This document shows, in pieces, positions 1-8,909 of a stretch of DNA of 64,000 bases (position 1 is the stretch's first letter; each line of letters opens with the position of its first letter). Source of the stretch: Candidatus Aenigmatarchaeota archaeon. Lineage in GTDB: Archaea; Aenigmatarchaeota; Aenigmatarchaeia; PWEA01; JACQIF01. The DNA lies in assembly GCA_016432325.1 (NCBI GenBank), contig CP066684.1:128001-192000 (forward strand), written 5' to 3'. Both the position numbers and the translations under genes were made by a program. The notes under the pieces are model-generated. The model did no database searches. It was not told the origin of the DNA and saw nothing but the letters and a program-made list of their open reading frames with translations.

Positions 1-295
1 CGAGTTCGGCGTCTAATGCCGGCGAGCAGTGTCCCTTGCTGTAAATCAGATAGTCGCGGCCGTTCCACGTCGGTTCCTGCGGCCTGTGAGCCAGTTTGTG
101 GTTGTACATCACTTCCAGCGCGTCTATCGCGGACATCGAGCCGCCCGGGTGCCCGGAACCCGCGACCTTGGTCATCCAGAGAATTTCCTGCCTGTGTACG
201 GTTGCATTGTACCCGAGGATGTCGGGGTCAAACATATTGCGGTCTACGGGAAGAGGCCTCTCGAGCCTTGGAAAAGCAATCGCTGCAGCTGCCAC
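1..295 (-). CDS. Transketolase N-terminal subunit (partial, runs off the window edge; absent from ORF track)
   Basis: Manual translation gives ...QEILWMTKVAGSGHPGGSMSAIDALEVMY...RDYLIYSKGHCSPAL, containing the SGHPGGS and SKGH transketolase motifs; probable GTG start at 295. Confidence 0.85.
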   Translation of the reverse strand, partial: MAAAAIAFPRLERPLPVDRNMFDPDILGYNATVHRQEILWMTKVAGSGHPGGSMSAIDALEVMYNHKLAHRPQEPTWNGRDYLIYSKGHCSPALDAEL

Positions 296-381
296 AAACC
301 CCACGCGCCGATTGCCGCGCGAAAGAATATATCCTTTTGTTTTGTCGAGGCGCTTAAAAATATGAGAGTTCTTCATAGATT

Positions 382-1026
382 ATGGACTATACGGATGCGC
401 AGGAAGCGCTCATCGCGCACATGCAGGACACTGGCGCTTTAACGTCCGGGGCGGTGGAAACGGCAATTCGTGCGATGCCGCGCCACCTTTTCGTTCCGCC
501 GGCGTACGCGCGGCACGCGTACATGGACGAGCCGATGCCTCTTGCGCATGGCCAGACCATATCCCAGCCGTCCACGGTCGTTGTGATGACGGAAGCCCTG
601 CGCGTGAAACCGGGCCAGCGCGTGCTTGAGATAGGAACGGGTTCGGGCTGGCAGGCCGCCCTAATATCATATATTGTGGGCGTGAAGGGCAGCGTGATTA
701 CAATAGAGCGCTTTGCCGAGCTGGCCCGCGAAGCGAAACAGAACCTCAGGAACGCGCGAGTCGAGAACGTCGACGTGCGCGTCGGCGACGGCACTCTCGG
801 CGTTCGGGGCGAGAAGTTCGACGGCATAATCGTAACAGCAGCAGCGCCTTTTGTTCCCAAACCGCTCGAACAACAGCTGAAAACAGGCGGCCGGTTGGTG
901 ATACCCATGGGAAAAGTCGTGCAGGAGATGTTCGTGTTTATAAAGACCAAAAAGGGACTGGAACAAGCGGACGTTTTGGGCCAGTTCCGTTTCGTTCCTC
1001 TGGTGGGAAAATATGGATTTCAATAG
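382..1026 (+). CDS. pcm: Protein-L-isoaspartate O-methyltransferase
   Basis: GQTISQP, VLEIGTGSGW, GDGTLG, VTAAAP and FVPL motifs. Confidence 0.95.
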   Translation: MDYTDAQEALIAHMQDTGALTSGAVETAIRAMPRHLFVPPAYARHAYMDEPMPLAHGQTISQPSTVVVMTEALRVKPGQRVLEIGTGSGWQAALISYIVGVKGSVITIERFAELAREAKQNLRNARVENVDVRVGDGTLGVRGEKFDGIIVTAAAPFVPKPLEQQLKTGGRLVIPMGKVVQEMFVFIKTKKGLEQADVLGQFRFVPLVGKYGFQ

Positions 1027-1372
1027 CGTTCAGAAAAGAAAATTGGCGTTCGTCCTGTGGACGCTCTTCATCGCCGTCGTTACGCTCACGCCTCTGCCTG
1101 CGGGAGGGCCGGCCGCGCCGGCGACGCAAGTCGACAAGATAGCTCATTTCGCCCTCTTCTTCATCTTCGCGTTCCTCGCCGCACGCATCCGCGGCGCGCG
1201 CACGTGGGAAAACTACCTCCTGATAATCGCGGCCGCGGTGGCTTACGGAGGCCTTATAGAATATCTGCAGTTGTACGTTCCAGGACGCGAGTCGGACATG
1301 CTCGATATCGTCGCGGACGCGCTGGGCGCGCTTTCGTTGTGCATAATGGCGCCAACGGTGTTGAAAAAATAA
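1013..1372 (+). CDS. VanZ-family membrane protein
   Basis: DKIAH and EYLQLYVPGR..D..AD motifs; TM helices. Confidence 0.85.
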   Translation: MDFNSVQKRKLAFVLWTLFIAVVTLTPLPAGGPAAPATQVDKIAHFALFFIFAFLAARIRGARTWENYLLIIAAAVAYGGLIEYLQLYVPGRESDMLDIVADALGALSLCIMAPTVLKK

Positions 1373-1534
1373 TGGAAGAGGGATATGTTCCGGCGCAGTG
1401 GAACGTTTCGCCCGCGCAAGAGGTTTCCTGAAACGTTTCTCCGTCATTGTAAAGTAATCACACGTCGTCAAAAACTTTTATATACCACATTGTCGCACTG
1501 ATACGCAATAGTTGTTTTCGAGGGTGCTGTCCGA

Positions 1535-4099
1535 ATGGGATTCTTGTCTGAAAAGGGCGAACAACTGGCCGTTGGCGCCGTTTTCGTATTGGCCCTCATG
1601 CTGTCGCTGACGATATTCCTGGGCGCGCAACCCGCCGAGGCTGCTCACCTGAACCAGCCAAACGCCACAGTGGCCTTTGGCAACAACACGTCGCAGTTGC
1701 TCGAATCCCCGTGGGGCTTCCAGAACCTCGTGCCGGGAGGCGCCAACACTACATACAGCCCAAGTTCTGCAAGAACGTACGTCTTCAACGTCAGCGTGGG
1801 CAACACCACGCCAGGTAGCAACGTGAGCGTCGACAACACATCAATCATATTCCAGCTCTGCGGTCCCAGCACCTCGTGCGGGAACTTCTCCTCGGGCAGC
1901 ACTCCGTTCCCATCAAACATAACGAAGGCAAACGCAAGCGCAGACGATCTTTCAGGAGGCACGATGGTCAACTTCTCCATCTCCTTCACGCAGTCACAGC
2001 TCGGCCGCGCAGGAACGTACAACTACACGTGGTACGTCCGAGCGACAGGCGACACGACAGCCAACAGCTCTAACGTAGACAACAGTCTCGGCAACGCCGT
2101 GGTCTTCGTCATATCCAAGAACTCCACGATAGCCAATAATACCTTCGTCTTTGTCAACACCAGCACAGTCAACCACAACCGCAATTACCCCAACTTCACG
2201 TATCCGAATACCACTGTAATAGGACTGGTCGGCAACAGCACGGCAGGCTTCAGCGCCAACGACGGCGTTAACGACACGCAGTTCGAGCTCTGGTACGTCA
2301 ACACCAGCAACGTCACCCAAGGGTTCAGAATCAACACGGCCAACGCGACAAGCGGGATACAGAACCTCACGGCCAACACAAACCTCGGCAATTCCACGTA
2401 CTACATAGTCTACAACTTCACCGGCGGCCAGAACTACACCAGCAACGCCACGAACAACATATCCATAGGAGTGCTCAAAGGCACCTTGGCGCTCAACACG
2501 ACGCTGAACGATGTGCCGGCCAACGCGACAGTGTCATATCCGGGAGCCACGACGGTGGTGGCCTTCGCCAACTCTACATCCGGTATGACAGACCTTACGT
2601 TCACTCTCCACGCGGTCAACATAACGACAAGCACTGCCATCCTCCTCAATAATACAGGTACTGGAGACCCCTCATCTGCAGGGTTCGCCACGGGAGCGGT
2701 AGCATATTACAACGCCTTGCCCCTTGGATTCGGCAACTACACGTTCCATTACAACACGACAGGTGGAGGCAACTGGTCCAGCGCGTCCAACTCCACGCTG
2801 AACACGACAGTGTTCCAAGGAGCCACCACAGTCATTATCAACCTCAACAACACATTCAGTGGGCGCCAATATGACATGGGCGACATAATAGGACAGAACG
2901 TGCAGTCCAACACAACGAGCGGGCCCGGACCATCTCCAACGGTCACTCTCTATAACAACTTCAGCGGCACTAACAAGACGGTGGCATCCGGAGTCGGGAC
3001 CGCCAACGCTTCCAACGTAACGGACACGAGCAAACCGACGATAACGGTCAGCCTGTCAGACTCCACGATTACGGTCAGGGAGAAGCAGACGATCACGTGC
3101 AGCGCAACCGATATCGGCGACATCGCCGTCGGCAACTACACGGTGTTTGCCAATACTACGGCAACCCTCAACTACACGGGATCCGCGCTCATCGAGGTGC
3201 CTGTGAAGGTGCAGATACTTTCACCGACGACGAGCGTGGTTATCACCAAGCCCGGTGGCGGTACGGTCTCTGCCTCGTGCGGCGACACCATCCTAGGCGA
3301 GTCCACCAACGAAGCCGGCACATATACCGTCAAAGTTACGGCCAAGGACAAGGCCCTGAACAGTGCAGACAAGTCCGTTACATTCGAGGCTGAAAAGGCA
3401 GGCGACGGCGGAACAAGCGGCGGTGGCGGTAGCAGCGGCGGCGGAAGCAGCGGCGGCGGAGCCGAGGTAACTAAGGAAGAGAACAAGATAACAATCATAA
3501 CCCCGGGCGCGGCCGCGATAACCAAGTTCACGGACGAGGAGCTCGGAATAAAGGAGATAACCATCTCTGTCCAGAACGAGGTTAAGGACATCACGATAAC
3601 CGTGACAAAGCTCGAGGGACAGCCCGCGTCCATAACCAAGACCGTGACGGAAACGGGCAAAGTCTTCAAGTACATGGACATCAAGGCCACGAACCTCGCA
3701 GCAGCAGACATAGACACGGTCAAGATCAAGTTCGCCGTCACAAAGGCGTGGCTGACAGCCAACAACATAGACGAGGGTAAGGTTTCCCTGTACAGATACA
3801 CGACCAACTGGGACAAGCTCACAACGGCAAAGGCCAGCGAGGACGCTGGCAATGTCTACTACAATGCAGACACGCCGGGCTTCTCAACCTTCGCGATAGG
3901 CGGAGAAGAAATCGCGGCATCTCCGGAGCAGCCACAGCCTGAACAGCCAACACAAGAGACAACGACAACAACCGCGCCATCCGGCGGCAACATCCTAGTC
4001 TGGATAGCGCTGGTGATTATCGTGATTGCGGCTGTTGTCTACTGGAAGAAGGACATGCTAACGGGCGGCAAGAAGGGATTTTCCTACAAGAAGAAGTAG
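1535..4099 (+). CDS. Cell-surface (S-layer-like) glycoprotein with Ig-like repeats, PGF-pre-PGF domain and C-terminal TM anchor
   Basis: Signal peptide, dozens of N-x-S/T sequons, Gly/Ser linker, YYNADTPGFSTFAIG, Thr-rich stalk, TM helix and basic tail; TATA at about 1476. Confidence 0.85.
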   Translation: MGFLSEKGEQLAVGAVFVLALMLSLTIFLGAQPAEAAHLNQPNATVAFGNNTSQLLESPWGFQNLVPGGANTTYSPSSARTYVFNVSVGNTTPGSNVSVDNTSIIFQLCGPSTSCGNFSSGSTPFPSNITKANASADDLSGGTMVNFSISFTQSQLGRAGTYNYTWYVRATGDTTANSSNVDNSLGNAVVFVISKNSTIANNTFVFVNTSTVNHNRNYPNFTYPNTTVIGLVGNSTAGFSANDGVNDTQFELWYVNTSNVTQGFRINTANATSGIQNLTANTNLGNSTYYIVYNFTGGQNYTSNATNNISIGVLKGTLALNTTLNDVPANATVSYPGATTVVAFANSTSGMTDLTFTLHAVNITTSTAILLNNTGTGDPSSAGFATGAVAYYNALPLGFGNYTFHYNTTGGGNWSSASNSTLNTTVFQGATTVIINLNNTFSGRQYDMGDIIGQNVQSNTTSGPGPSPTVTLYNNFSGTNKTVASGVGTANASNVTDTSKPTITVSLSDSTITVREKQTITCSATDIGDIAVGNYTVFANTTATLNYTGSALIEVPVKVQILSPTTSVVITKPGGGTVSASCGDTILGESTNEAGTYTVKVTAKDKALNSADKSVTFEAEKAGDGGTSGGGGSSGGGSSGGGAEVTKEENKITIITPGAAAITKFTDEELGIKEITISVQNEVKDITITVTKLEGQPASITKTVTETGKVFKYMDIKATNLAAADIDTVKIKFAVTKAWLTANNIDEGKVSLYRYTTNWDKLTTAKASEDAGNVYYNADTPGFSTFAIGGEEIAASPEQPQPEQPTQETTTTTAPSGGNILVWIALVIIVIAAVVYWKKDMLTGGKKGFSYKKK

Positions 4100-4110
4100 T
4101 TGCGCCTTAG

Positions 4111-4743
4111 TTATTTTTTAATCCAGTCCTTAAGCTCTTTCAGGATGTTCTCCGCGCCTTCGTTGTCCACGATCTCCCAAGCGCGTTTGTATGGAGGGTC
4201 CTTGGCGTCCCTTGATTTCAGAGAGACCAACGCATCTTCCCCGAACGTCTGGGGCAGAACGATTGCGAGAGCGGCGTGAACGGGGATGTGGTTTCTCGTC
4301 ATCACGTCCTCGCCTGCGTAGCGTTCGTGAAACGTCTTCCAGTAGTCTCGAAGACGGCCTGGCCCCTCGTACATCAGGTTCACGTGCGCAAGCTCGTGAA
4401 CAAGCGTAAGCACGGCTCTGGAAGGCTCGGTCTTGCCCTCATGCGTTGTCAGGGTTAACGGATATCCAAAACCGTTGACCGCGTAGTTGACGACGAAACA
4501 GGTAACGGCGTCGTCCTTCCACGGCAGCCCGGTCGCCCGCTCTATTCCCTCTATGACCGCCCTTTCCTTCGGTTCCCATATCTCATACAGCTTGCGGGTG
4601 AAACCGAACGCCTGCGTTTTCGACAGCTCTCTGTCGAACGGTTTTACAGAAGGGTCGCGCGTATAGTGGCCGAAGCGGGCCCTGTAGAACGAACTGTCAT
4701 ACGGAGCAGAATAGACGAAATCCACCTTCACTTTTTCACCCAC
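4111..4743 (-). CDS. Hypothetical protein with HExxH (zincin-like) motif
   Basis: VHELAH motif; overlaps the fen stop, consistent with co-transcription. Confidence 0.65.
   Translation of the reverse strand: MGEKVKVDFVYSAPYDSSFYRARFGHYTRDPSVKPFDRELSKTQAFGFTRKLYEIWEPKERAVIEGIERATGLPWKDDAVTCFVVNYAVNGFGYPLTLTTHEGKTEPSRAVLTLVHELAHVNLMYEGPGRLRDYWKTFHERYAGEDVMTRNHIPVHAALAIVLPQTFGEDALVSLKSRDAKDPPYKRAWEIVDNEGAENILKELKDWIKK
4598..4647. repeat. Palindromic three-way-junction element inside a CDS
   Basis: GTGAAACCG/CGGTTTTAC stem encloses AACGC-CT-GCGTT and TTCGACAG-CTCT-CTGTCGAA with no unpaired junction bases. Confidence 0.7.
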
Positions 4744-5753
4744 TTGTCGAGCCTTTCCTGCCTCCCTTTGGCGTCTTCAAGCTTTTTAATGGCACTTTCG
4801 ATGCGTTCGCGCCCGAATTCGTGCTCGCTGACCATTATCCGCATTATCTCGTTGACATCAGGCTCGCGCCACTTCAATGTGTAATCGCGCGTCACAGGAG
4901 GGTTCATGAAAAATTCATAGACGTCGTGCGCGGAGACATCCCAACGCCATTCGAGTCCCTCTAACGCATGCGCAAGCGTCTTTTTCCTTTTCACGAGTTC
5001 CAGCGCCTTCTTGGGTCCTATTCCCCTGAAGCCGCCGGGATTGAAGTCCGTGCCTATGAGGACGCCTAGAACGACCAGCTGTTCTCTGTCGATTCCGTTC
5101 GCGCGCAGGGTATCGTCAAGACGAATCATTTCAGGCTCGACGTTCACGTAGACGCGTTTGCCCGGAAGCTTGCGCTTGCCCCCGACAGCGATGTTTCTGA
5201 GAAGCGTCGGCGCTCCGAAAAGAAGGCAGTCGTAGTCTTGCGACGAGACGGCCCACACCTCGCCTCTCTGTGCCATCGCGGCGGCCTGCGCCTCGCCTTC
5301 TGACGGAGCGTTTACGTAAGGAACGCCCATCGCCTCGAGAAGCTCCTTCGCGTCTGCTACTATATCGTCTGTCATGCTCGTGGACATCATGGCGTACTTG
5401 CGGGCCTCTTCCATGTCGCCCTTGGCGAGGGCTTCCTTGTGCAGCGCCTGCGCTTCCTCTTTCACGGCGCGCCTCTGTTCCACCGTCGTAGATTTGAAGA
5501 GCGGTGGAACACCGTCAAAAACGTAACACGGCTTGGCCCCATGCTCAAGAAGCTTTATCGTGCGGTAGAAAAGCCCGGAAAAATGCGACGTGACGCGGCC
5601 TTTGGAGTCACGCAGGGGCGTTCCGTCGGGCTGGCGTATTATCGTCAGGAACTGATAGAGAACGTTCATGGCGTCTATGGCAATTTTGCGGCCTGTCAGG
5701 TCTTCGAGAGTTATAGGCTTCCTGACGAGCATGCCTGAGATGTCAACGCCCAC
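4728..5753 (-). CDS. fen: Flap endonuclease 1
   Basis: IAIDAMN.LYQFL, GTPLRD, APSEGEAQ, SQDYD, GTDFNPGG..GIGPK, C-terminal PIP-like QERLDKW. Confidence 0.97.
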   Translation of the reverse strand: MGVDISGMLVRKPITLEDLTGRKIAIDAMNVLYQFLTIIRQPDGTPLRDSKGRVTSHFSGLFYRTIKLLEHGAKPCYVFDGVPPLFKSTTVEQRRAVKEEAQALHKEALAKGDMEEARKYAMMSTSMTDDIVADAKELLEAMGVPYVNAPSEGEAQAAAMAQRGEVWAVSSQDYDCLLFGAPTLLRNIAVGGKRKLPGKRVYVNVEPEMIRLDDTLRANGIDREQLVVLGVLIGTDFNPGGFRGIGPKKALELVKRKKTLAHALEGLEWRWDVSAHDVYEFFMNPPVTRDYTLKWREPDVNEIMRIMVSEHEFGRERIESAIKKLEDAKGRQERLDKWVKK

Positions 5754-5780
5754 GCGATCCCCGTTCTGTATTGAATGGAA

Positions 5781-6392
5781 TCATATATAGTTCTTCGTTA
5801 TGAAGAGGCCGTCCACTGTCTCTGACGATTCGTAGAACAGAGGCGCGTCCCACGGTATCTCAAGCTTTGCGACCGCCTCCTTGCTCAGACCGTCCAGATG
5901 CTTTACGAGCGCGCGGATGCTGTTGCCGTGGGCCACGACAAGCACGTTAGAACCCGCAGCGATGTCCGGTAGGATATTGCTCCTCCAGTAAGGCAGGACG
6001 CGTTCTGAAGTGTCGCTGAGGCTCTCGCCGTTCGGCGGCCGGCCTTCGAAAGAGCGCCGCCATTGCATGAACTGCTCTTCGCCGTATTTCCTGCGTATCT
6101 CGTCCTTGTTCATGCCTTGAAGGTCCCCGTAGTTCCGCTCGTTCAGGGCCGCGCTCCTCTCGGTGGGGACGCCGTTCATGCCCAGTTCGGAGAGAACGAT
6201 GTCCGCGGTCTGAATGGCCCTTTGCATCGAGGACGTGTGGAGCTTGTCTATCTTGCGGCCCACAAGCTTCTTCGCGGCCGTCCTGGCGTCTTCCTCGCCT
6301 CTTGGGCTCAGCGGAACTTCGGCCCATCCCGTGAAGCGGTTCTCCGCGTTCCATTGGGACTGGCCGTGGCGCAATAGGATTAGGTCTGTCAT
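5781..6392 (-). CDS. gpmA: 2,3-bisphosphoglycerate-dependent phosphoglycerate mutase
   Basis: LLRHGQSQWNAENRFTGW, LNERNYGDLQG, AHGNSIRA. Confidence 0.92.
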   Translation of the reverse strand: MTDLILLRHGQSQWNAENRFTGWAEVPLSPRGEEDARTAAKKLVGRKIDKLHTSSMQRAIQTADIVLSELGMNGVPTERSAALNERNYGDLQGMNKDEIRRKYGEEQFMQWRRSFEGRPPNGESLSDTSERVLPYWRSNILPDIAAGSNVLVVAHGNSIRALVKHLDGLSKEAVAKLEIPWDAPLFYESSETVDGLFITKNYI

Positions 6393-6428
6393 CGGTTTCA
6401 GAAGCACGCATAAAGATAAAAATACCCT

Positions 6429-7493
6429 TTACGCTTCCGTGCTTTCCGTTCTTGGCACAATTAAACTGACAATCTCCCCCGCAGCTTCAGGCAGTCCGTT
6501 CGAATAGGCGTTGATACGCGACGCTAATGTCGTGTAGAGCATATATGCCGGCATTAGAGGCGCGGCCAGAACGTCGCGAGTTCCCAGCTTATCGCCAGAC
6601 GCCGCGGCAAGCCCTGCAACAACCGCGCCGCTTGTAACGGCCCACGACGCCGCCTTGTTCAGCGCAGAAGGATCTCCTCTGATTGCAGAGTCGCAGATGT
6701 CGTAGATGCCGAGGGGGATTGTGATGTGCGACGAGACGGCCAGCCACGACGCGGCAGAGAGGCCATTCGGTCTCAGCATGTTCCGCGCAATATACGGAGC
6801 TTCTTTAGCGAGCACGCGCTGGCATCCCCTCTCCCAGCCTGCCCTTTGTCTGGAATGTTGTCCAAGCGTGCGCGGCGCCACTGTTCTGACCTCAATCTCC
6901 GGAATGAAGCCGGCTTTGTAACCGTCTTTCTGAATCTTAATCGTCAGCTCCATGTCGTCTCCCAGATATTCGCCGCTGTGATCGTCGAGAGCATCCTCGA
7001 GAACGCTGCGCCTGTAGATGCTGCCGGCGCCGGGCGTTATCATTTGCCTTCCTCCAAGCAGGCGCCTGAAGCCGTTAGCCATCTTGTATTCCAGAGATTG
7101 CATGCTTCCAAACACGCCTCCGGGGTTCGCCACGTTCATCCGGAAAGCCGCGGCCGCGTATCCTTTCTCCTCCATGCGGCCGCATGCCCACTCCAGATCC
7201 TCCGGCGCGCTGACTATCCGCGTGTCGTCATCCGTAGTAACCACGTAATCTATGTCCTGCGGCAGTCCGTTGACGGCTTTCTTGACCGCACCGACCTTGC
7301 GGCCGTTGACCGCCATCCTGAGAAGCTTCGGTCCCGGCGGGCTGTTGCTTGAAAAGCGCTCTATCTCGCCCAGAGTGCCGTCCGTTGAGGCGTCATCGAC
7401 GAGCGTCATCCGCTGGACGTGCGCGCTGTTGGATTCAAGGCTCGCGCGTATCGTATCGGCGCCGTTGTAGACGGGAACGACAATCTCGTACAT
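6429..7493 (-). CDS. GT2-family glycosyltransferase (processive, NodC/IcaA-like)
   Basis: VPVYN, VDDASTD, TDDD, GDDM, QRAGW (QxxRW variant) and C-terminal hydrophobic segments. Confidence 0.85.
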   Translation of the reverse strand: MYEIVVPVYNGADTIRASLESNSAHVQRMTLVDDASTDGTLGEIERFSSNSPPGPKLLRMAVNGRKVGAVKKAVNGLPQDIDYVVTTDDDTRIVSAPEDLEWACGRMEEKGYAAAAFRMNVANPGGVFGSMQSLEYKMANGFRRLLGGRQMITPGAGSIYRRSVLEDALDDHSGEYLGDDMELTIKIQKDGYKAGFIPEIEVRTVAPRTLGQHSRQRAGWERGCQRVLAKEAPYIARNMLRPNGLSAASWLAVSSHITIPLGIYDICDSAIRGDPSALNKAASWAVTSGAVVAGLAAASGDKLGTRDVLAAPLMPAYMLYTTLASRINAYSNGLPEAAGEIVSLIVPRTESTEA

Positions 7494-7562
7494 AGATATC
7501 ACTACTAGTAGATGACAGAAGCTATATATACCTCAATTTGGCCTATCTCTGTTCTACGGGCC

Positions 7563-7702
7563 TTTATATACCTTTTGTGCGAACACACGCCATACCTTTG
7601 GGATTCACCCGGTTTCGACTTGGTGAAATCCGACTCGGTGATTTAATGGATGAAATACAAGAATTTCAAACCTACCTCGCCTGCATAGGGGTGGCGATGT
7701 AG
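7563..7702 (+). promoter_or_regulatory. TATA box and structured 5' leader of rps15
   Basis: TTTATATA at 7563; hairpins including CTAC/GTAG and TCGCC/GGCGA covering the SD-like GGGGTGG. Confidence 0.5.
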
Positions 7703-8158
7703 ATGGCAAGAATGCACTCCGGAAAGCACGGGAAATCCCGCTCAAAGCGGCCGATACGCAAGACCGTTCCCAAGTGGGTCCGTTACAAGCCGGACGAAGT
7801 GGAAAAGCTCGTTCTGAAGCTCGCCAAGGAAGGCCGGACGTCGGCGCAGATAGGCACTCTCCTGCGGGACGAATACGGCGTGCCGCACGTCAAGGAGATA
7901 ACAGGCAAGCGTCTCGTCGCGATACTGGCGGCGCATGACCTCGAGCCCCAGCTGCCCGAAGACCTTTTCAGCCTGATGAAGCGCGCCGTGCACATCATGG
8001 AACACCTCGTCAAGCACAAGCACGATCCTTTCGCGATACACGGTCTCGAGCTCACGGAATCCAAGATAAGGAGACTCGGCAAGTATTACAAGAGGAAAGG
8101 CAGGCTCCCGGAAACCTGGGCGTATGACCGCGAGCAGGCCAGACTGTTGGTTAAGTGA
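7703..8158 (+). CDS. rps15: 30S ribosomal protein uS15 (S15P/S13e)
   Basis: MARMHSGKHGKSRSKRP, IG..LRD.YG, LPEDL, ESKIRRL. Confidence 0.97.
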   Translation: MARMHSGKHGKSRSKRPIRKTVPKWVRYKPDEVEKLVLKLAKEGRTSAQIGTLLRDEYGVPHVKEITGKRLVAILAAHDLEPQLPEDLFSLMKRAVHIMEHLVKHKHDPFAIHGLELTESKIRRLGKYYKRKGRLPETWAYDREQARLLVK

Positions 8159-8163
8159 TTGCA

Positions 8164-8799
8164 ATGGCTGACGAAAAACAGGCGCAGAAACAGAAGGGAC
8201 CGCAGACAGCCGAGAGCTCGGCCGTTCAGAAGCAGAAGGCTGCCGCTAAGGCGACGTGGAAAGGCAAGGAGTGGTACGAGCTCGTCGCTCCGAAGCTCTT
8301 CGGCGAACGCGTCATCGCAGAGACGCCGGCGTCTGACATCGAACAGCTCAAGGGCCGAACGGTCACAGTGAACGCCTCGGTGCTCACTGGCAATCCTTCC
8401 AAATACTACTTCAAGATTTTCTTCAGAATCGCGGACGTGAGCGGACGCAAGGCCGCGTGCGAGTACATAGGCCACGAGTGTTCGCGCGATTTCATATCCA
8501 GAATGGTTCGCAGGCGCTCGAAGCGCATAGACACGCGCGACGTCGTCACGCTTAAAGACGGCAAGCGCGTCGTCGTCAAAGTAATCGCGACAACCATAAG
8601 GCCGACGAAAACCTCCATAGTTTCGGAAGTGGCGAAGAGGATATCGGCGAGCGTCGCCAAAACGGTGTCGACGATGGAGACAGACGATCTCATAAAGGAG
8701 ATGCTTGCCGGATCCCTGCAGAAGAGCGTCCGCACAGAGGTTTCAAAAGTCTATCCGCTGCGCGAGCTGGAGATAAACAAGACCGAAATGGTCGCGTAG
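8164..8799 (+). CDS. rps3ae: 30S ribosomal protein eS1 (S3Ae)
   Basis: WKGKEWYEL.AP..FG, VRRRSKRID, KVYPLR..EI.K; follows rps15. Confidence 0.93.
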   Translation: MADEKQAQKQKGPQTAESSAVQKQKAAAKATWKGKEWYELVAPKLFGERVIAETPASDIEQLKGRTVTVNASVLTGNPSKYYFKIFFRIADVSGRKAACEYIGHECSRDFISRMVRRRSKRIDTRDVVTLKDGKRVVVKVIATTIRPTKTSIVSEVAKRISASVAKTVSTMETDDLIKEMLAGSLQKSVRTEVSKVYPLRELEINKTEMVA

Positions 8800-8909
8800 A
8801 AAAATATCGTCTGGAGCAGCAGTCATCTTTTTATACTCGCGCGACGAATCTATTCCGTACTCTTTCTTGGGCGTGCGTCGTTGGTGTACACTCACCAAAG
8901 TGATTAACA

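Noticed and set aside
3400-3462. GGCGGC tandem repeat as a separate element
   Set aside because: It simply encodes the Gly/Ser linker of the surface protein
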